In this document: positions 54,301 to 64,000 of the stretch, piece after piece
Position numbering within the stretch: the stretch's first letter is position 1
How the letters are laid out: each line of letters begins with the position of its first letter
From: Antedon mediterranea
Lineage: Eukaryota > Animalia > Echinodermata
Direction: 5' to 3'
DNA length: 64,000 nucleotides
NCBI RefSeq assembly: GCF_964355755.1
Contig: NC_092675.1
Coordinates: 23,656,912 to 23,720,911, forward strand
The notes under the pieces: generated by a model
What the model saw: only the letters and a program-made list of their open reading frames with translations
The model's database searches: none
Told to the model about the DNA's origin: nothing
Made by a program: the position numbers and the translations under genes

Positions 54301-57300
54301 ATTTCTTTATTGTGCTAGTGTCAAAGCACTGGTACCACGTGTGTCAATGAATCAAATGAAACGGGTAAAAAAGCATTGACAATGTTACGCGGATGTTGAT
54401 AAATACCATGAATGTATATTTTAAAAATGACCCTACTCATGCGTTTTCCTTAAAGTTTCACAAAATAATTGAGGACATTGACATCAGCAGAGTGGCAATA
54501 CATAACTTTTGTAAAGTACTATGTTCGTCTTGACGGGAAAATTATTTACATTAATTTGTAATATTTCATATTACGAAAATTATTTGAATATACAGGTCAA
54601 TAATATTTCTATGCATAATTTATCATGTGTTTTTTTTTGTATATAATGTATTGACAGCATTCATTCCAAACAGATAAGTTTATCTCCCTTCCGAACAAGG
54701 CCGACCTGTGACGAACGATGCCAGCATGATCTATGATTATCCCGTCATGCTTAGCGCATTATGATTAACGCTGATTTATTATGCATATTTTAATAGCAGT
54801 AATAAACAGCAAATAAATAGTGAGATATTGAGTTCACTGCTTTTGATATTTAGCAATTGAAGTTAACGAAGATTTATTATTTATTATTTCATAAATAATG
54901 CAATCTTATGAGAAAGACATTAAGTAGAGAAACGTGTTAAAACGATGCAAATTTACGTTGTACACAGAAAGACGACGAGAATGACATTCAGTTTGTAGTG
55001 TAGGCTACACAAACCTTTGTCATACGGCACTTTTAACAGTGAATTTGTCAGGATAAGGCTTATTTTTAGGAACAAAAAATAAACTATAATATTATCGTAT
55101 ATAGCCTATCTATAGTTAGTTTTTTAGTACATTCGCCATGAGCATTGTACCGTAACATATATCATGTGTACATAATCGTGCCCATTCTTGATACGGTCTC
55201 CCATATTGTTACATTACAGGCCACTGGAGCCTTATCTAACCCTACCCTGCATCACTGCCCCACACGTAGGCCTACTGTTAAACACATGTGACATGTGATT
55301 ACAGAATTTTGCCTATGATACTAATCACTAGACACGTCACTATTCGGATGAGCCACGGTAATAGAGTTGTGTGGTTGTCACCTTACCAAATGGAAAACTT
55401 GATATGTTTGTATTATTCGACTAAAAATAATAATAATCATCATCAAATATCGGTTACGTAATTTACTATTCCATTTTTTTCTGAAGTCAGATGAGCGTTG
55501 ACGAACGCATTAGGACATAAAAACAATAGTTATGATGAATTATTTATTTTGAAATGCAAATGAAGTAATTAAAAGTGCAAATCTGTTTAATGGAATCTTA
55601 TTATAAAGATTAGCATTTTAATTCACTTACTTTAAGGTCACCGAGCGAATCTGGTGGATCACGGTCTTCCATATGATAATAAAACCTTAGCAAACCTCTA
55701 CCAGCCGATAACTCTAGTTTGTCACCTATTTGCAGTATAGCACTGTCACCTCTTCTGTCTGCATTCGATTGTGTATACATGTAATGCCCTAAAACATTAA
55801 AACAAAATGCCTACAGAGTTATTTTCACTTTAAGAATATAAATGGATTTATTTTATTTAGTATAAATCTAGTACTGTACGATTTTGTTTCGAATCGTACA
55901 CGTCGATCTCTATCTGAAAATTTTATGAGAGTGGAACACAACGAATTACATGTTAACACGTTAAAAACGCCAATAATTATTAAAAATAAAATTAGCAGTA
56001 TCATTTTTGTTTTCTTTTACTAAAGTGTTTATATTTGGAGATAGACTATGGAGTGACAGGTTGTTCATGCCTAAAGCACGGTTCGTGGTGAACAGTTCTA
56101 AAGTGGCAATTCGGTTTTCGAATGGGGTCTGATGAAATCTGTTCAATATTTGTCCATTCTTGTTTTTTTCCCTGTCCATCTTATGGGCTGATGGCGCTGT
56201 TTCTTCATTCTGAGGGGTTTCCATGTATAAAACTGTCCGTACAATATAAGTATCTATCGGCGTTCCATACACGATTCCGGATGTACAATGTTGGCCCTAC
56301 TGTTCACCGTTCTGCTGAAATTTGAAGTTGGATTGAAGTTAGAGTTCAATACAGCAATATTCTTCTGATTGCACATTGGAACCACGGAGTACTGAATTGA
56401 TTCCATTTAAGTTGCTTTCAGGCACAATACAAACATGTATGTAACAGTATAAAGATAGCATCGATATAAGGATGGGATCGTCAATGTGTTTTACTGAATT
56501 ACCAACGGATTTGGACCCAACATGTGTACGAACGATGTTGTCAACTATACCGATAGTCGATTGCTATAGCTCTTAATGATTGTATATATTTTTTCCCATT
56601 TTCACTGGCGTAATGAGGATTTGTAAGACGAGATAATTAAATGAGGCTGTTAATTGGAAGAATACATCATTTTCATCAAGAAAACACCAGTTGCAAAGGA
56701 AAACGTGCTTGCCTATCAAATTAAAAGGCATTGACCAATGAATATAATTGAATGCACACGTTTGATATTGTTATAAATATTGTATACTGAAAATTATTAA
56801 TTATTTAAAGACAACGTAACGAAAATAAACCCAGCCCAACCGAGATCCTAACCCGGAACTTTCTGCTTGCAGTGTAACAAAACACCTTTCCAAGCCTACA
56901 GTACCACCATAGAAATGATCTTCAAAACTTAGTTTTTCTGATTGTAGATGACAAATGTTAAACGAAAATTACATTTCATTATTTTAGGCAACTCGAGATT
57001 TTGAAAGGCTAAACCTGAAGCTGAAAGGGGATTTATTAAATGTTCACGAGACATTAATGTTGTTTTACCTTTAATATTATGATAAACGACATATTGGACG
57101 ACAATCAGACACCATCTGACAGCAGACGACGTCCAATAATTCAATAACTCGATTTTTTTAATTAAGAAACTATTAGAAAGAGTTACATGGTGTCTCCAAC
57201 TACGTTATTCTGAAATTTAATTTCATATTAACCTTTAAAATATGAATTTATATTTTTGTATATATAATTCACCTTGGGCCAATCAACTGAGTACGGCGAC

Positions 57301-60300
57301 AGTGCTTAGGCTGTATCAAAGATCTCGGATCGTCGAAAGTCAGCGATTCATGATTTATATTGTGGGTTGTGGAAGGTTAAAAACTACCAATGAGTCTACT
57401 AAGTACTGTGCATGAGTTTGAATCTGATTTGATTATTGATTTTCAAATCGTAATACGAGGTTATGAGATTATTAAACGTTATCAAACATGGTATTTAAAC
57501 AATATAATGTATAACTTAACGTATGTTTAAAATCAAGTCTTGTAAATATACATGTTATTCAACAGCCACTGCTGTAGTGTGAATATGACCTACGAGACCC
57601 TCTCTTGCACACTTGATAGTGTTCCATTGGGACTACACTGTTCATGTTCAATAGACTACATAAGACAACCCATCGTATAGTCTGGGTTCCAGACGGAGTT
57701 TTGTCTTAATATTAGTAAAAAGATAAATATTTTGGCACATATAGCGTTTCATACGTATACTACTTGATTTTGAATTTTCAGACAAAAATCGCGGTCGCAA
57801 TAAAAACAAATCAATAAAAAAAAAGACAATACAGACTTGGGGCAAGTCTACCCATCGTAGTATATGCTCTAACATGTTAAATCTAAAGTCTCTAAAGTAA
57901 GACAAAGGCTTCGTTACACGAATATATTATTATGATGAACTGTCAAAAAAGATAAATGACATTGAGTTAAAAGGAATATGACATACACAGTATAAAGTGT
58001 CACATTTTCCTGTAGTGTCAATGAAGAAATTAACACACGTTTATGTTCTCTAGTTCATCTATGGTCGTAAACAATTCAAACTGAATGTCGAACATGTGGA
58101 TAAGCTACAGTGTTGATTTATAAACCCATGACCTCTAACACGAGTTGAATTAATAAGTAAATTTCTACATAATTTAGGCCAGGAATAAAATAACGTATTT
58201 CTAATTAACTTCACGAACAACATCCAATTAAGTAGCTGATGATATCAGTGGGTTTGAATTTAATTGGTAACAAGGGATTTTCGTTACAAAGAGCGAGATT
58301 TACGGTGATACTAGGCTTTACTAAACAAAAACAATTTAGCAAGGATGTTTTATCATTAGATTACTACTTTGGAGACAAAATGATAATTGATTGTGCATCA
58401 TCAGCAGATAAGCTGCTCAGAGATTTGAATACTGTAACATATCACCAATAGGTGAAGGGGTTAAGGCGCAGGTAGTGAAGCCAAACCAACGATATTTGCA
58501 AATTATTTTGCCGGGGATTTTGCCTACAGATATGCAAGTCCTTGAACATTGCTGATTTATGTTTAAGCAATCCCGGCCCTCCCCTGCACAAAACGTGACG
58601 AATGGGCATCGATCTATCAGGCTTACGCGCAGACAGAGCATAAATGGCTGCATTATCGGTATGTTTGCGTTATTACTCCATACGTTTTGTATTCAGTCGT
58701 CAAACTCAAATACATCTGTCTTTGCAAAACTTGATAATCCCTCATTGAATTTAAAATTGCTTTACCTGACATCAGAAAAATAATGACTGTAACGCATCTA
58801 AAATATTCTCATTTGCAAAACTTTTATTTTTGCAAACGCCCTCCGATGAGGTCATCACCATTATTAATTTACATACGAGTATGTATCGAATGTTTTCTTT
58901 GCACTATTCTCTACAGTATTGATACTGTGTTTGTAATGGTATTGTAAGGTACTGTACAAAGCATATTAAACTTGTGTGTTATATATTTAATCTATTTTAT
59001 TAGTAAACAAATTGATAAGCGATTAAACTTACACGGTATTTTCTTTACCGATGCATGGTGAATACACAGACAAAGAAATTAAAAAAGAAACAAAGATAAG
59101 AAGATAAATAATAATGTAAACACACGTAATCAATTTGATACAATAAACCATCACCTCTTTGATACAGTTTAAGTACACAAAGTCAGAACGAACTAACTTG
59201 ATTACGTACACAATTTCAGTGACCGGGTATTGAAGGCGAGGTGTAGGCAAAACATTTCTATTGATCATACATTCCAATAATTATCGATCTATGTTTCATA
59301 ATTGTTGGTATTTTATTTGAGTTACACAAGCTTGTTGAAAATAAGCATTTTCTTATCAGCGGGGGATAGTTTAAATGACACCGTAAAATCTCTATTCGTT
59401 TGTAGACAAATGTTGTAAATCGAGAAGCATTTTTTTTTTTAAACTATGAAAAATAAACGGTGTGGTAAAAAATGTTATCAGATGACTTAATATAGGAAAT
59501 ATAACTTGAATTTACGTTTCTAGTATTTTTATTCAACTTCAGAGTTTTATTTGCATGCTATATCAAAAAATAACCACCGTGGGGCTATATATCCACCATC
59601 TTTTTTCACCTTCTAGAGAGTCACATGTTATTACATAAATAGGTTATACTACCTAACTACTGAAAAAGTCTTCCTGGTTTTTATAGCAGAATTTCGCCGA
59701 ATTTAGTATTTTTTTCATTTTATTTAGTGGAAATTTCATCTTGATTTATATTACAAATATTTGATTTATGTACAATTAACCAGATATTATGTTTAAAATT
59801 CATGCCTATACCTGAGCTTTAATATCACAGATTCCGTGATACAATGAGAGCGTAGGCCTACTGTTACTAAAATAGTTACAGCAATTATTTTCATGGGCAA
59901 GAAGCATTTTTGTTATTTTTTTACTCATTTTACATCACACGAAGTCTGTCTCGGATACTAAATAATAGTAATATTAACATTCGATCAATAATGCATTTAA
60001 TAATCTAATTTACATTGCATTTTAATGTATTGATTTGTCAAATGTAATATTATTTATCATGTATTGTTAAGATTATGCTGTAGGTAACCTATATTATGCA
60101 CTATATACATATTTTGTAATGATGCGGTTAATAACCAGATGCCATTAAATTCTTACTAAATTAAACAATACAAAAAATTACTATAACAAAGTATTATTAT
60201 ATTAAAGTATTATAATGTTTATTCAATTAATAATAACAATAATGAATCACGTCTAAATATTTACCATAATACAAAAAGTATTTAATAAACATATGCTATT

Positions 60301-62680
60301 GTAGGTACAGGTAGGCTATATCTCTAAAGTACGATATACTGTAAAACAAACAAACTCCAAGTTTTAACCTTCGTTTGTCATCTTTACTAAATATGTTTTA
60401 AATATGATTCGCGGCATATGTGATGTTTTTACTACAATTTGAATTTTAAAACCGTCAAAATGAATGAAAGAGTGGGCTGAGATGGGCATCTACAGGTAAG
60501 TTTAGGCTAGGCCTAACAACTTTTATTTTAACAAAAAAAAAAGCGTTACAACCGATTTGTGTTGTAGTATAATCGTGAATGAAATGTGGCTACATTTGAA
60601 TAAGATGATTTTACTTTGAATAAATAATAAATATTTCCTTAAAATCTCATCAAGTCTGCCAATGGAACGAGCATGAGTCACGTGTCCACGCCCCGTAATT
60701 TTCTTTTTTATTCAAAACACGATCTCTAGTCCTCATTGGATTGTTATATTTCCCCACATCACAAACAAACCATTACACGGAAACGAGTGCTCATTAAAAG
60801 ACGTAGTTTCAGATCGCTTTGTCCATATTACTTTTGAGAAATATATATTAGATGTGTTATTCATAGCTTTCATTGTAAATAAGCTGATCAAACAAAATTT
60901 CTGTTTTAAAAACAGTAAAAATTGGCTTTATTATCATGCATTGTCTATTTTGCAAAATCAATTAATAATAATGATGATAATATTATTAATTAATAATCAA
61001 ACAAAACAGACACAACATTTAAAAACCAAAACTACAATATTATAGGCCTACACTTTAATGTGGATTTGTAATACTGAATGTTCAATGAATATTCTTCGAA
61101 GAATTAATGTACTGTATTAGTAAAATGCCACAGTATACGGTTAACATTTAAAATAAAAATAAAAAATATAATGAAAGGTTTTACTCAACAAATTTCATAT
61201 TAAACTTAACCGAGTACTAAATATGTAGAACAACTAGTGTGTGATTAGAACAGCATACAAAAACTACATACAACACCATTTTTGATTTTTTTTTCATAAC
61301 CACGACGATAGCCATTTGGGTAAAATCGAAAATATTCCCCTTGCTTTTCTTGAGAATCCATCTGAGACATTGTATGTCGTCTGATGAATCCATTGTATTT
61401 CGAATCGTTGTGTCTGAGTGCATTGTACGTTATGGATGAGAGAATTCCGTGGTTGTTTATTCGTATTCATTTACTCTACCTATCATAAATCACTTTTCCA
61501 TCTAGACTTTCACTAATAAAAATAAACCACGATAACCTATAATAACCCTGAATCCTTATACCTAGTAGAACAACATATTTTGAATTTAAAAGAATAAATT
61601 GTGTTTAGTTTTAGAAAGAATGGCGCCGTAGTTTTAAAGGATTTTACATTAAAATAAAAAATATCGAACAACCATTAAAATGTCTTAATGTAATTTATAC
61701 GACAAACTAAAAGCATCAAAACAAATTTGCATTGTATAGGCTAGGAAAAACGACGTTCCATTTTGTATAGTACCAGTAACGCATAATGATTAACATAGTA
61801 CACAAACAATTACAATCCAAAACTATTTTACGCATTTTACTAGATTAGTTGGCACTATCAGTAGGCCTACAATGACAACAACATTTCACGGTGAATGTTT
61901 GAGGAAAATCCTTTCAGTAAGGTTAGGTTGTGACGTAATCTTGCCAACAGACAGAAAGTAAACTAACAAACTGACAAATAAACAAGGCCCATTGCATAAC
62001 CTCATTAGCGAAGGTAACATTTGCGAAGGTAATACAGCTACATAATATATTTTTTCAGCATCGTCATCAGTAAAGTTTAAGTATATACATATACATATAC
62101 AGAGTTACATAGGTATAACATGTGACGCATGTACCATAAGCATTAACCTATGACGTTTGATACATGTGACACTAGTAGGTATTACATACTTTACATAATA
62201 CTAGACAGATAATACCATGTGTGAAGATAATTACAAAGAATGGGGTGAGATAATAGTACTGTAGGCCTACTCACTGTACTGTATTTTTGGATTTGAAAAG
62301 TTCGAGAGTGATAATTAATTTGTTATTATCTAGTATAAAATACTGTACCAGTAAAAATGAAATTATATGTACAGTGCAAATGTGAATAACATTGATAAGG
62401 ACAAGATTTTACGAATGATCATCATTGTCGTTGAATTTAATTTACACAAATGCATTTTTAATAACTTGATATATATATATTTGAATATTATGATTCATTT
62501 TATTGTATAGTTTTTATCACGCACCTGATATATTCCCATAGGTGTGGTCGCTGCTGGGACCAGAGTATGCTCCGCCAGTCAACCCTCGCCATTTCGTCCA
62601 ATCAAAATTGTCATTCGGATAACTCCATTGTGTTATTTGTTCACAATTTTCTTCAGATTCGAAATCACACAAAAATACCT
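39400..62680 (-). CDS. MAM-domain single-pass membrane receptor D (paralog of C), 5'-partial: MAM, Ser/Thr stalk, TM, tyrosine-rich (ITIM-like) tail
   Basis: Exons 62525-62680 (CDFESEENC..FDWTKW..GPSSDHT), 55631-55788 (GHYMY..LLRFYYHM), 53669-53788 (VYVC..W..SQGSRW), 51153-51234 (VLFEGVRG..DIAIDDI), 48667-48894 (S/T stalk; donor less certain), 47621-47717 (TM LILFVGLTAPVFSIALLLVILGFICFI), 39400-40195 (tail ending LDYSLV stop). Phases consistent. No signal-peptide exon found in the window, so it probably lies beyond 64000. Confidence 0.88.
43323..43453. repeat. Tandem duplication of about 62-68 bp
   Basis: GAACATCCAGTCACTC..ACGAGACTACGCCACGTGACYACATGATTGTATTGGATTGGG occurs twice. Confidence 0.9.
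44650..44833. mobile_element. MITE, PIF/Harbinger(Tourist)-like, copy 2
   Basis: Near-identical to 2091-2270 with the same TIRs. Confidence 0.88.
46985..47440. repeat. Degenerate 30-bp minisatellite
   Basis: Unit approximately AAGGAAATTGCGAGTTTTCTCAAACTTGCC, clearest at 47061-47150. Confidence 0.8.
54091..54256 (-). mobile_element. MITE with TAG..CTA termini and 9-bp TSD (Academ/AcademH-like), copy 1
   Basis: TAGACTTGCCCCAAGTC ... GTCTGGAACCCAGACTA; flanks AATCAGAGG / AATTAGAGG; inverted homolog of 57678-57850. Confidence 0.82.
57678..57850 (+). mobile_element. MITE with TAG..CTA termini and 9-bp TSD (Academ/AcademH-like), copy 2
   Basis: TAGTCTGGGTTCCAGAC ... GACTTGGGGCAAGTCTA, flanked by the perfect direct repeat CCCATCGTA (57669-57677 and 57851-57859). 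Confidence 0.85.
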
Positions 62681-64000
62681 CTGAAAATTAAACATTAAAG
62701 CCAAAATTAATTTGAATTATAATGCATTCATTTGATAATTCCAATTCGGAAGTGCTCGTCATTTGCAGTACTATATAAATAATCTAACAACATCTGGTAG
62801 AACTCATCAATGATGATGCACATGATAATATATTATAATCTAACTATTGTACATTTTATAAGGCAGTATTATGAATGACCGTATTTAGAGCAAGTAGGTA
62901 TGTTTTATGATTGTTTATTCATAATAATTTATATATTCATATTATAATATTGTTGACTTCAAATTCTTTATATGATTTATCAGCAACTCATTTTTTTTTA
63001 AATAAAAAAACATACTAATACTATGGTACAGTAGGCCTACTACTGTACATAATCCACAACGGAATTGGAATTGGTCAATTGTTTGGTAAAACAATTTGAA
63101 AATGGAAACATTGTCTTGTCCGATGCAAAAAGTACAATAAATGCTAAGTTAGAGCGTATACAGTATTTAAATGAAATCGTGAATTATAATAGTATTCACT
63201 TTTAACGTTCTATTACGTATAAATTATATCCAAAACACGGCCAAGGCCGCACGCGTAAAGCATATCTTTATGATGTCTTTTCAGTCGAGCTGCTATCATT
63301 ACTGCTTAAGGGAGAGTGTAATAAAATAATGTGCACCGCTGTTGTATACAGAAATTAAAACTTACATTTTATGGTCAGAAAAATACGGGATACAGTACTG
63401 TAATAAATCGAAAATCATGTGATTGGAATTTCTTTTTGTGTGAATGAATGTAATTGTTCAAATTTGGGCTGATACAATAGAGGTTCAAACTTCAATTTAG
63501 TCGTGTTTTTGTTTAATTATGAATATATTTTAAAGTAAGCAAGATAATAATTTAAACAATGGAGGCATGGTTACAAAAGAAATTAAATAGTGAATATAAC
63601 TTATGGTTATACTCTACATTGAAACGTAGCAACTCAATATACCTTTACATGTAAAAATGATTCCAATAAATATAATGTTTAGGATTTTATTTGTGTTACA
63701 CGATTTTCTTCTTATCCGTGGAGAGGGGTGGGGATTTTAATTACACAGTAAAATCACTATTCTTTTGTACACAAATGTTGTAAGTAGAGAGGAATTTCAA
63801 AACAATAATTCAGATGACTAAATATAGTAAGTAATCTTCACTTCAGATTTTTATTTTCGTACTATATAGCAAGCATGCTCTACCGTATTAACACGCATAT
63901 AGGCCTACCCTCTTTTTGTATTTTTTCACTTTCTATGGAGTCACCAGATTTGGTGTACATGGTATAGCAACATTTTGCCAAATTACGTATTCCACCATTT

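Noticed and set aside
63361-63420. Candidate first exon of receptor D
   Set aside because: The ATG frame ends in phase 2 where phase 1 is needed, and it is not signal-peptide-like.

Overview
AT-rich eukaryotic genomic DNA, most likely an echinoderm (inferred from a speract-receptor-like guanylyl cyclase, a Deu/Nin-type SINE and frequent TAGGCCTA). I read five intron-containing genes by hand from GT-AG boundaries with consistent phases, all on the minus strand. (1) A receptor guanylyl cyclase, 17 exons in 521-12881, whose cyclase domain lies off the left edge. (2,3) Two tandem alpha-arrestin (ARRDC-like) paralogs, 13676-18816 and 20839-24090, both with an acidic N-domain insert and no PPxY motif. 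(4,5) Two tandem single-pass receptors, 26070-34382 and 39400->62680, each built as MAM domain + Ser/Thr stalk + TM + long non-catalytic tyrosine-motif tail. One tail has two ITAM-spaced motifs. The other has four ITIM-consensus motifs plus NPxY, PPxY and a PDZ-type end, so the two resemble a paired activating/inhibitory immunoreceptor system on a MAM ectodomain; this is the top candidate for a novel system. Introns hold many non-autonomous elements (MITEs, a complete Helitron, DINE/Helentron-like repeats, SINEs, an L2/CR1 3' end) and minisatellites. All family assignments are from motif recognition, not database searches.
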